Assembly (NCBI GenBank): GCA_001797675.1
Contig: MGQB01000001.1
Span: forward strand, 248,816-312,815
Reading direction: 5' to 3'
DNA length: 64,000 nucleotides
Source: Deltaproteobacteria bacterium RBG_13_43_22
Lineage (GTDB): Bacteria; Desulfobacterota; RBG-13-43-22
Shown here: piece after piece, positions 47,986 to 56,200 of the stretch
How the letters are laid out: every line of letters begins with the position of its first letter
Numbering within the stretch: the first letter of the stretch is position 1
The notes under the pieces: generated by a model
What the model was told of the DNA's origin: nothing
Database searches by the model: none
The model's input: only the letters and a program-made list of their open reading frames with translations
Translations under genes and position numbers: made by a program

Positions 47986-48144
47986 TTATTCCTGTTCAAA
48001 CTTGTCCTTGGTGGCTCCGCAAACCGGGCAAGACCAATCATCCGGCAGATCTTGAAATCGGGTTCCCGGTTTTATCCCATTATCGGGATCGCCGTTGGCC
48101 GGATCATAGACATAACCGCATACCGAACAGACATATTTTTCCAT
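47986..48144 (-). CDS. Rubredoxin
   Basis: 52 aa, below the ORF-track cutoff: [52 protein letters not shown]. It has the canonical CxxCG...CPxCG pattern and lies 14 nt upstream of the kinase gene. Confidence 0.92.
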   Translation of the reverse strand: MEKYVCSVCGYVYDPANGDPDNGIKPGTRFQDLPDDWSCPVCGATKDKFEQE

Positions 48145-48269
48145 TCCTTTTGTTCCTTTCTCTTTTTTTAAATAGCAGGGTCAAGGATTAAAGAATTCAG
48201 TTCCAGCCTGGGGCAGGATTGAATCTTTTTTGCTCTTTGGTATTGCTCGACAAAAGCGTGCGCGAGGGA

Positions 48270-48473
48270 TTATTCGGTAACCACCTCATAGCCGGCTTTT
48301 TTTATCTTATCTTTAATCAGGTTCTTGTCAACCGGTTTTGTTTCTTTAAATGCGGCCTCGCCCTTTTCAAGATCGACGGCTATATCCTGAAGCCCTTCGA
48401 TTTCCTTTAAGGCCTTGGTTACCGCCATAACACAATGCTGGCAGGACATGCCTTTTACTTTCACGGTTGTCAT
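48270..48473 (-). CDS. copZ: Heavy-metal-associated (HMA) domain metallochaperone, CopZ-like
   Basis: 67 aa with the GMSCQHC metal-binding motif. Confidence 0.85.
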   Translation of the reverse strand: MTTVKVKGMSCQHCVMAVTKALKEIEGLQDIAVDLEKGEAAFKETKPVDKNLIKDKIKKAGYEVVTE

Positions 48474-48579
48474 AACAATATTCCTTTCTCTGAAAACGTT
48501 CTAATAATCACGGATTGAGGTATAGGGGAAAAATCGAAATTGCCTGTATCCTTGCATCATAAATCTTGTGCCTTAAACC

Positions 48580-49743
48580 CTATTTTTTATAAAGCGGCGA
48601 CATAGCCCTTAACGTTTGAACAACATTCTTTAACACCAATAAAAACCGGTCGATATCGGCTTCCGTGGTTTCTTTCCCAAACGTGATGACCAAAGTCCCC
48701 TGGGCATCGGCGAAGTCCCTGTTTATCGCCAAAAGGACGTGAGAGGCCTGAAGGGCTCCGGCAGCACAGGCTGAGCGGGTGGAAACCAGGATCTTTTCCT
48801 CATCCAGCATCAGGACAATCCCTTCACCTTCGATGTACCGGATGGATACCGAAACCAGATTAGGCAGGGAAAGTTCAGGGTGCCCGTTGATAAAGATGTC
48901 TTCAATATGATTTTTCAGACCCTGGATCAGTTTCTTTTTCAGTCGGAGGCAATGATGGTTTCGGGATTCCATTTCTCGTACAGCCGATTCGGCCGCTACC
49001 CCCAAACCGATGATGCCGATCAGGTTCTCGGTCCCGGCGCGTTTGTTGTTTTCTTGAACCCCGCCATCCAATAAAGGCCATAAGCTGGTCCCCGAACGGA
49101 TATAGAGACCTCCTACCCCGGAAGGACCGTAAAATTGATTGGCCGAAAAGCTCAACAGGTCAACCCCTAACCTTTGAACATCCACCGGCACGACACCAAC
49201 GGAAGTTACGGCATCGCAATGAAAGGGAATCTTTTGTTCACGGGTGATCCGGGCGATTTCTTCGATCGGTTGAAGGGTACCGATCTCGTTGTTGCTGTGC
49301 ATGACGGTAACCAGAATGGTTTCTTCAGTGATGGCCTTGGCGATATCGGCGGGATTGACCCTTCCGTTTTCATCGACGCTTACTGAGGTCACCTTAAAAT
49401 CCATCATCCTTAACCGGCGAATAGTCCGAAGGACGGCATTGTGCTCAATATTGGAAGTGATAATATGCTTTCCTTTTTTGGTGTTGGCCAGAGCCACTCC
49501 CTTGATGGCCTGATTAATGGATTCGGTTCCACCGGAAGTAAAGATGATCTCTTGCGGGGAAGGACTGTTGATTAAACGGGCCATGGATTCCCGGGCCTTT
49601 TCCAGTGTCTCGGCGGCCTGATCCCCCACCTGGTGGGGGCTGGAAGGGTTACCGAGATTGGCCCGAATGGCCGCAATCATGGCCTCCTGGACTTCCGGTA
49701 AAAGGGGGTTTGCGGATAAATAATCGAGATTGATCGGTTTCAT
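48580..49743 (-). CDS. nifS: Cysteine desulfurase (NifS/IscS class)
   Basis: 387 aa with the PLP-lysine context SANQFYGP, the active-site SACAAG, and an adjacent NifU-type scaffold gene. Confidence 0.88.
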   Translation of the reverse strand: MKPINLDYLSANPLLPEVQEAMIAAIRANLGNPSSPHQVGDQAAETLEKARESMARLINSPSPQEIIFTSGGTESINQAIKGVALANTKKGKHIITSNIEHNAVLRTIRRLRMMDFKVTSVSVDENGRVNPADIAKAITEETILVTVMHSNNEIGTLQPIEEIARITREQKIPFHCDAVTSVGVVPVDVQRLGVDLLSFSANQFYGPSGVGGLYIRSGTSLWPLLDGGVQENNKRAGTENLIGIIGLGVAAESAVREMESRNHHCLRLKKKLIQGLKNHIEDIFINGHPELSLPNLVSVSIRYIEGEGIVLMLDEEKILVSTRSACAAGALQASHVLLAINRDFADAQGTLVITFGKETTEADIDRFLLVLKNVVQTLRAMSPLYKK

Positions 49744-49765
49744 CAGGCACCTTCCTTGATCATGG

Positions 49766-50284
49766 CTAATGGAGTTTCTTCAGCATCTTGCCGCATCCGA
49801 CACAGAACAGGTCATCTTCGGTGACTTCGATATTGCAGTATGGACAGTGGCATTTCCCGCCTTCTTCATGATCGTGTTCGTGTTTTTCTTCCCGTTTGGG
49901 TTTCGGACGCACGATCCCGGCCTTTTTATCTTCATAATCCTGGATGGCCAGATGAAGGGCATCGGCCCCCAGATTTGAACAATGGAGTTTGTTTTTCGGC
50001 AACCCCTCCAGGGCCGCGGCCACGGATTTGTTGGTAATTTTCTTGGCTTCTGCAAGAGTCTTGCCTTTGGCCATTTCGGTCAGCATACTGGAAACGGCGA
50101 TAGCCGCCCCGCAACCGAAGGTTTTAAATTTGATGTCTTTAATGGCATCCTCTTCAATTTTAAGGTAGATCGTCATCATATCACCGCATAAAGGATTGCC
50201 CACTTCGCCGATGCCGTCCGCATTCTCAATCTCGCCGACATTTCGGGGATTTTTAAAATGGTCCATTACGGTACTTGAATACAT
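49766..50284 (-). CDS. nifU: IscU/NifU-N-type Fe-S scaffold with a His-rich linker and C-terminal zinc-ribbon tail
   Basis: The IscU core is NPLCGD, FGCGAAIA and LHCSNL. The extra tail is KPKREEKHEHDHEEGGKCHCPYCNIEVTEDDLFCVGCGKML. Confidence 0.85.
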   Translation of the reverse strand: MYSSTVMDHFKNPRNVGEIENADGIGEVGNPLCGDMMTIYLKIEEDAIKDIKFKTFGCGAAIAVSSMLTEMAKGKTLAEAKKITNKSVAAALEGLPKNKLHCSNLGADALHLAIQDYEDKKAGIVRPKPKREEKHEHDHEEGGKCHCPYCNIEVTEDDLFCVGCGKMLKKLH

Positions 50285-50347
50285 GGTCTTTGCCTCCCGT
50301 TAAATCCGTCGTTAATGGCAGGATAGCCGTTTTTCCCTTGAATTTCC

Positions 50348-50361
50348 TTGACCTAAGTCAA
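50348..50361. promoter_or_regulatory. Inverted-repeat operator candidate upstream of nifU-nifS
   Basis: TTGAC-CTAA-GTCAA lies about 65 nt upstream of the nifU start, and the minus strand reads TTGACT as a possible -35. It could be an Rrf2/IscR-type site (inference). Confidence 0.3.
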
Positions 50362-50363
50362 AG

Positions 50364-50399
50364 AAAAAAACTCGCCTCTCCTTGACCGAAAGGAGAGAC
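50364..50399 (-). terminator. Rho-independent terminator after the FTR-like gene
   Basis: The minus strand reads GTCTCTCCTT-TCGGTC-AAGGAGAGGC, then GAG and T7. Confidence 0.7.
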
Positions 50400-50537
50400 A
50401 AGTTTCCCCCCGGTTGTCTTTTTCCATTCCTTCCGGGTATTTTAATAATACTAATCACGAAAATTTATTTGTAAAGGGACGCCGGGTGGTGGTTCTTATT
50501 TATTAATATTAATCAAATTTGAAGGGCTAAGCTTCCC

Positions 50538-50870
50538 TCAATAGGGGAGCCGGGTCTGGGGCCGTCGTTCCGGGACATAGGGATGGGACCCTTCGCTTTC
50601 GTTCCATTCTTTGGAGACATAAAGATTACAATAGCAACTCCCGAATTCTTCCACATCCTGAGCCCGGTAAAGGCAAGGGCAGATGATGTCCTGGTCGAGT
50701 TTTCGGTCTCCGGAGGCCAGCCGGCAAGGACAGGACATGTAACCATACCGTTCTTTATTGACCAGAAGTGCCTTGAGCAAATCATCAACCCTATCTTGTT
50801 CTTTGTTAAAAAAGTACCCCTTGGGTTCCTGAACCTTTTTTAAAATGGTATAGAGTTCTTGTTCTTTCAT
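50538..50870 (-). CDS. Ferredoxin:thioredoxin reductase catalytic-subunit-like protein
   Basis: 110 aa with the cysteine pattern CPCR ... CPC ... CYCNLY, matching the FTR-B CPC/CHC [4Fe-4S] plus redox-disulfide layout. Confidence 0.8.
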   Translation of the reverse strand: MKEQELYTILKKVQEPKGYFFNKEQDRVDDLLKALLVNKERYGYMSCPCRLASGDRKLDQDIICPCLYRAQDVEEFGSCYCNLYVSKEWNESEGSHPYVPERRPQTRLPY

Positions 50871-51130
50871 AGTCCCAGGGCCTCTTTGATTTCATTTTCT
50901 TTAAACCCGACGACACACCGGTCGCCGATGAGGATGGTAGGGAAGGAACAATCCGGGTTATATTTTTTTACTTCTTCAATCATGTCGGTCCGCTCCTGCC
51001 CTTGAAGCAGATCAACATCAATAAAATCATACTGGACCCCTAAGTCGTTGAGAAATTGTTTTGTGCGTTTACAATGACTGCAGGTGCTCAAGGTGTATAA
51101 TTTAACCGGCGGCATAAATTCTCCTTTCAA
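50867..51130 (-). CDS. Glutaredoxin-like small thiol-disulfide protein
   Basis: 87 aa with a thioredoxin fold and CSHC. It overlaps the FTR-like gene by 4 nt. Confidence 0.8.
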   Translation of the reverse strand: MKGEFMPPVKLYTLSTCSHCKRTKQFLNDLGVQYDFIDVDLLQGQERTDMIEEVKKYNPDCSFPTILIGDRCVVGFKENEIKEALGL

Positions 51131-51529
51131 TAATGCTATTGATTAGTTGAAATGGTATCAAAAAAAGGAGGTTAAAGCAATTTGTTTCTCAGGCTTTAAA
51201 GTTGACACCAGAGCAAAGGAGGGTTAAAAAATTCCATAAAACGGCAACCCTAATCAACGACGATGCTTTTTGTCGATCGTTTAAATCCAAATTCGGTTAC
51301 TAACCAAAAAGTTTGGAGTTTACAAAAATAATGGGGTGGGCCAAAAATAAAATTGAACTATATGATTTTCTTATTCTTTTTAGGACATTCCCCCATTTTC
51401 ATTTCACTGAACATTTTTTTGAATTTTACCAACAAAATCATCCAAAGCTATTGACCAAATCGGGATTTATGGTAGGATTAAGGGAGACAAAATATGATTA
51501 ACCGCATAATGCATCTGAGGTGATTGATA

Positions 51530-51904
51530 ATGAAAAATATTAAGTTTCATCCGGAACATGCCTGGATAACCTTTAACGGCCACCACGGAACCATCGGTAT
51601 CTCGGAATATGCACAGCAGCAATTAGGAGACATCATCTATGTGGACCTACCGGAAATCGAAACGGAGATCAAACCCGGTGAACCCTTATGTGCTTTGGAA
51701 TCCAGCAAGGTGGCGACCGATGTAATTGCCCCGGTCAGCGGGACGGTTATAGAAATAAACGGGGCCCTGGAGGAAGAACCTCAACGGATCAATTCTTCTC
51801 CCTATGAAGCGGGCTGGCTGGTTAAGATTATTTTAAAAAAACCTTCGGAACTGAATGAATTAATGGACAGGACTGCTTATGAGGAGTATATTAGCTCAAG
51901 ATAA
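51530..51904 (+). CDS. gcvH: Glycine cleavage system H protein (lipoyl carrier)
   Basis: Contains the lipoyl-lysine motif LESSKVATDVIAPVSG. ATG 51530 is preferred because GAGGTGA sits 6 nt upstream. Confidence 0.9.
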   Translation: MKNIKFHPEHAWITFNGHHGTIGISEYAQQQLGDIIYVDLPEIETEIKPGEPLCALESSKVATDVIAPVSGTVIEINGALEEEPQRINSSPYEAGWLVKIILKKPSELNELMDRTAYEEYISSR

Positions 51905-51961
51905 ACCTTTTTTCTCGAACTACCTCCTCATTCCTTTTGGGGCGGTAAGAGGTAGAAAAGA

Positions 51962-52026
51962 GGATTCAAGGGTTTTGATTTCCAAACCTTTCACTTGGAT
52001 CCTTGACCCCTTGAATCCTTGAATCC
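51962..52026 (-). repeat. GGATTCAAGG-family element, copy E
   Basis: The reverse complement GGATTCAAGGATTCAAGGGGTCAAGGATCCAAGTGAAAGGTTTGGAAATCAAAACCCTTGAATCC is colinear with copy C. Confidence 0.85.
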
Positions 52027-52049
52027 TTTTATTAGAGAGAGGAAAAAAT

Positions 52050-52511
52050 ATGATCCCACAAAAAAGAAAAGGCTGGCTTATAATCCTGCTAAAATGCTTT
52101 GTTTTGATAATAACCTGTCTGTCTTTTTTTGGAGTTCTCTCCTGTAATAATTCGGGTACCAGCAGTACCACTAGTTCGGCTGGTGGATCCGGTACGGGGA
52201 CGGGTTGGACGATTACCATCACAGTGGGAACAAACCCGCTTCCCTACGGAGGTACCACCGCAGTCATGGCCGTAGTCAAGGATCGAACCGGAGCCCCTGC
52301 CCCTTATGGGACAAATGTCTGTACAACCGTAGTAAACAATGGTCTTTTAAAACCCGGAGATACTCAGTTGTATGCAACTATATGTGAAACCACCTCAAAC
52401 AATCTCGGGCAAACCATCCAAACATACTATGCTGCATTAGTAACAGGCGATGATACGGTAGAGGTTTCTTCCCAGGGTGTTATTGCTACCGCGAACATTA
52501 CAGTCTATTGA
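52050..52511 (+). CDS. Lipoprotein with an Ig-like (Big_1-type) beta-sandwich domain
   Basis: 153 aa with a signal peptide and lipobox VLSC, a Ser/Thr/Gly linker, then TTAVMAVVKDRTGAPAPYGTNV, resembling invasin/intimin-type repeats. It is a paralogue of 54277..54711. Confidence 0.6.
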   Translation: MIPQKRKGWLIILLKCFVLIITCLSFFGVLSCNNSGTSSTTSSAGGSGTGTGWTITITVGTNPLPYGGTTAVMAVVKDRTGAPAPYGTNVCTTVVNNGLLKPGDTQLYATICETTSNNLGQTIQTYYAALVTGDDTVEVSSQGVIATANITVY

Positions 52512-52589
52512 ACCCTGGTATTCAATCTTTTTTCGGATTGAACCAAATTGAATAATATCTCCTGGTTCAAAAAATTTTCCTTTTTCAAA

Positions 52590-54311
52590 TCAATGCGACA
52601 ACGCTGTTTTAAGGGTTACAAGAAATTCTGTTGGTTTTTGCACGCCGATTACCCTGGTTCCTGGGATTTCCTGACCTCTATCATCAAAAAACAAGACCGC
52701 CGGGGGGCCGAAAAGGCCGAATCTTTTTAAAAAATCATCGGTTTCCTTTCCGGTCCGGGTCACATCCGCCTTCAGGAGTTTCACCCCTTTAAGTTTTTCT
52801 TTTACCCGAGGGTCTCTAAAAGTCAGAATGTCCATCTCCCGGCAAGATACACACCAATCGGCAGAAACGTAGAGCATGATTGATCGGCCATCGGCCTCTT
52901 TTATGTAGGAGTCGACTTGGCTAAGCTGGGTTAGCCGTTGAAAAGACAGGGAAGAGGGCATGGGTGGGGAGACGATGGGGTAAATGATCCAAAAAGCAAC
53001 GGCCAACAGGATGATCCCGAAAAAGACCTTAACCCATTTCATCCATAGCCCGGCCTTCGGGAATAAGACCCCGGCCGAGGTCCCTATGATCAATAAAGGT
53101 ACACCCATACCAAGCGCCAGGGAAAACAAGGCCGAACCACCCAGCCAGACATCTTTCGTCCGGCTGATGTAGAGTAAGGCCCCGGAGAGGGGGGCGGTGA
53201 CACAGGGACTAACCATAATGGCCGAAAGCAACCCCATGAGAAAGACCCCCACGAAGGTCCCGGCCTTGAAACGATTGCTGATCCCCATTAATTTGGTTTG
53301 AATGAAGCCGGGGAGCTGCAATTCATAAATTCCGAACATGGAAAGAGACAGGGCAACAAAGATCAGGGCAAAGGCGGTCAACACAAAAGGATTTTGCAGC
53401 GCAGAGGAAATTAACCGGCCTGAGAATCCGGCTGCAATACCGGCCGCAGAATAAGTGAGGGCCATGCCCAGCACATAGGTTAAAGAAAGAGAAAAGGACC
53501 TTTTTTTGGTCAGTTTCTCGCCCTGGGCAAGAATAATACCGGAAATAATGGGAACCATGGGTAAAACGCATGGTGTAAAACAGAGCAACAGGCCGAATCC
53601 AAAGAAGCTTAAGACGATCCAGAAAAAGCTGTTTCCAAGGAATAATCGGGTGATGTCACCCCCGTCCCCGGCTCCCTCTATTCGACCTGACAAATTGACC
53701 TGAACGCCCTGACCGTTCTCATTCCCGGCCGACAAGGGGAAAGAGGATGGGGGGGAGGATTTTAATTCTTGTCCTTCTGTGACGGTTCGGGCAGGAAATT
53801 TTAATTGAACTTTTTTAGTTTTAGGCGGATAACAAAAGCCGGCATCGGAACAACCCTGGTAAGTTATATATAAGGTGATATTTTGTATATCCTTAGGGGG
53901 TCGGATCAGGGGGAGGATGATAACCAGTTGGGAACGGAAAATATCCATTCGGCCGAAATTGGGATCCTCTTTGACCTGCCCGGCAGGCATTTGGGGGGGG
54001 GTGGGTTTTATTTCTATTGGTTCAATTTGAAATTGGAACTTATTCCGGTACAGGTAATATCCAGGAGCAATCTGAAAACGGATTTCAATCAGATCGGTCT
54101 TTAAGACTAGGGCTTGAAATGAAAAGGCCTGCTCGGGTCTTAAAGGCTGACCATATATTGTCTGAAACGGAGGAAAGATTACTAGAAAAGTGAAAAAAAA
54201 TAAAACAGAGTAGAACGATGGGAAGGTTTTTCTTTCAGCCTTGAGCCTTGAGCCTTTCGCTTTGAACTCATAAATTTTAAGGGGCATACACGTAAATACT
54301 GATATAGGCAA
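52590..54311 (-). CDS. dsbD: Thiol:disulfide interchange protein DsbD
   Basis: 573 aa with an N-terminal periplasmic domain, a CcdA-like TM core (FTPCVLPMVP, SPCV) and a C-terminal thioredoxin domain (WCVSC). The start is ambiguous (54311 or 54287), and the first codons run through a stuttered repeat. Confidence 0.88.
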   Translation of the reverse strand: MPISVFTCMPLKIYEFKAKGSRLKAERKTFPSFYSVLFFFTFLVIFPPFQTIYGQPLRPEQAFSFQALVLKTDLIEIRFQIAPGYYLYRNKFQFQIEPIEIKPTPPQMPAGQVKEDPNFGRMDIFRSQLVIILPLIRPPKDIQNITLYITYQGCSDAGFCYPPKTKKVQLKFPARTVTEGQELKSSPPSSFPLSAGNENGQGVQVNLSGRIEGAGDGGDITRLFLGNSFFWIVLSFFGFGLLLCFTPCVLPMVPIISGIILAQGEKLTKKRSFSLSLTYVLGMALTYSAAGIAAGFSGRLISSALQNPFVLTAFALIFVALSLSMFGIYELQLPGFIQTKLMGISNRFKAGTFVGVFLMGLLSAIMVSPCVTAPLSGALLYISRTKDVWLGGSALFSLALGMGVPLLIIGTSAGVLFPKAGLWMKWVKVFFGIILLAVAFWIIYPIVSPPMPSSLSFQRLTQLSQVDSYIKEADGRSIMLYVSADWCVSCREMDILTFRDPRVKEKLKGVKLLKADVTRTGKETDDFLKRFGLFGPPAVLFFDDRGQEIPGTRVIGVQKPTEFLVTLKTALSH

Positions 54312-54711
54312 AGGCCCCTTGATAAGAGGCGGTAACCTGATCCACTCCGGGGGTAGCCGTATTGGTAGATGACGGGGCGGTGTAGGTGGTGGAACAGGCC
54401 CCGAGGGTTATCGAATCAACAGTGGTAATAGTAGCCCCCAAAGAAGAAGTAAAAGAAACTCCCCGCGTTGCATCATTGACGGGATTCCCCTGGGCATCTC
54501 TTACGGTGGCGATCAAGGTTGTTTGACCACTTTGAGGGATTATGGTTTGGGTGGCCCTGAGATTGATCGAATAACCACCACCCGTCCCAAAGCCGCTGGA
54601 GGTAGAGGTGTTAGTACAGCCGGCAATCCCCAAAGTACAAAGAATTAGACCAAAAATTAAAATTTTAGTATAAGTCATCCCCTGTTCCTTTATAAAAAAA
54701 TTTACGTCCAA
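54277..54711 (-). CDS. Lipoprotein with an Ig-like (Big_1-type) domain, paralogue of 52050..52511
   Basis: 144 aa with lipobox IAGC, a Ser/Thr/Gly linker, and TTLIATVRDAQGNPVNDAT. Confidence 0.6.
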   Translation of the reverse strand: MDVNFFIKEQGMTYTKILIFGLILCTLGIAGCTNTSTSSGFGTGGGYSINLRATQTIIPQSGQTTLIATVRDAQGNPVNDATRGVSFTSSLGATITTVDSITLGACSTTYTAPSSTNTATPGVDQVTASYQGAFAYISIYVYAP

Positions 54712-54885
54712 TTTTTGTATATTTTTATCTTTTAATCTTTTTTAATTTTTTGTCAAGTCAATTTAAAGAGATAAAGTTGAAAAAGTTCTCTCCCCTTTTT
54801 CTTTTAAACTTGACTCCTTACCCTGAAAAATAATATAAACAACAACAATCAGTTTATCTTATCTTATTGAATATTATTATTTTTT

Positions 54886-56199
54886 ATGCCCATTGGTCTT
54901 TTCTTATATAATTTCTGGGTCGGAATAATTTTTTTGATTGGGTTTCCTTTCCTGATCTTGTATAATCTGGCTCAAGGAAAGTACAGCAACCATCTGGTCG
55001 AGCGGTTGGGGCGATACCCTCTCCATCTCCGGCCGGTTGATTCCCTGCCCAATGCCAGACCGGTCTGGATTCATGCCGTCTCGGTGGGCGAGATTAAGGC
55101 CGCCATCCCCCTGACCCGGAGTATCAAAGAGCAGCTCCCCGATATCCCCATCCTTGTTTCAACTACAACCCCGGGAGGAAGGGAATTAGCCGAAACGCTC
55201 TTGGGAAAGGAAATACCCGTTATTTACTTTCCCCTGGATTTTTACCCTTGTGTAAAAAGGGCGGTCAACTTCTTTCACCCCAGGGCCTTTGTAGCCCTGG
55301 AAACTGAATTATGGCCTAATTTTCTTTTTCAGATCCATAAATCTGGCGGTCAATTGATCCTGGCCAACGGCCGTATCTCCAACCGCTCTTTTAAACGGTA
55401 TAAGAATTTTCGCTGGCTGTTTCGGCCTGTACTTGAAAAGTTCAAGGTCCTCTTAGTCAGAGATCCGGATGATGCGAAGCATTTGATTGCCCTGGGGGCT
55501 GTAGCTGAGCGGGTCCGGGTTTTAGGCAATATCAAATACGATGGTCTGTTGGATCAGGCCAAAGAGACCCTGCGCCTCCATATCCGGCAACGGATCCATG
55601 TCCCGGAAGGAAAACCTGTCCTGGTAGCCGGAAGCACCCGGGGAGGGGAGGAAGCGGCGCTTATCGACGTCTATCAACGTTTAAAGCCCGCTTTCCCGGA
55701 CTTGATTTTAATCCTGGTCCCCAGGCATATCAACCGATGTGCCGAGATAGAAGACCTGTTACAAAAACGAGGGGTTTCTTACCAACTGTTCGGCCGAATC
55801 GTTTTGACGGGGGAGCAGAAGAAAGAATCGGTCATCCTCGTCGATCAAATCGGCGATCTCTTCGCCCTCTACAGCTTGGCCACTATTGCTTTTTGCGGGG
55901 CCAGTCTGGTCCCCAAGGGAGGACAGAATATTTTAGAGCCGGCTGCCTGGGGAAAACTGGTCTTATATGGACCTTACCTGGAAGACTTCAAAGATGCCCG
56001 TCGTCTTTTAGAAGAGGCCGGGGCCGGGATTATGGTCCGGGATCAGAAAGAATTGGAGATTCAAATAGCCTACTTTTTAGAACACCCGGATGAACGGGAA
56101 AGACGAGGAGAAACCGGCCGAGAGGTTTTGAAATCACAGACAGGATTGACGAAAAAAGCAGCGAAGATTATTGCTGAGATTATCCGGAATCAGGATTGA
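54886..56199 (+). CDS. waaA: 3-deoxy-D-manno-octulosonic acid (Kdo) transferase
   Basis: 437 aa with an N-terminal membrane anchor and the typical KdtA strings WIHAVSVGE and PRH. Confidence 0.88.
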   Translation: MPIGLFLYNFWVGIIFLIGFPFLILYNLAQGKYSNHLVERLGRYPLHLRPVDSLPNARPVWIHAVSVGEIKAAIPLTRSIKEQLPDIPILVSTTTPGGRELAETLLGKEIPVIYFPLDFYPCVKRAVNFFHPRAFVALETELWPNFLFQIHKSGGQLILANGRISNRSFKRYKNFRWLFRPVLEKFKVLLVRDPDDAKHLIALGAVAERVRVLGNIKYDGLLDQAKETLRLHIRQRIHVPEGKPVLVAGSTRGGEEAALIDVYQRLKPAFPDLILILVPRHINRCAEIEDLLQKRGVSYQLFGRIVLTGEQKKESVILVDQIGDLFALYSLATIAFCGASLVPKGGQNILEPAAWGKLVLYGPYLEDFKDARRLLEEAGAGIMVRDQKELEIQIAYFLEHPDERERRGETGREVLKSQTGLTKKAAKIIAEIIRNQD

Positions 56200-56200
56200 A

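Noticed and set aside
51131-51523. Glycine riboswitch upstream of gcvH, and the 62-aa ORF 51313..51501.
   Set aside because: No GGAGAG...ACCGAAGGGGCAA-type conserved cores are present. The ORF is an AT-rich, Phe/Lys-rich reading of a promoter region with no RBS.
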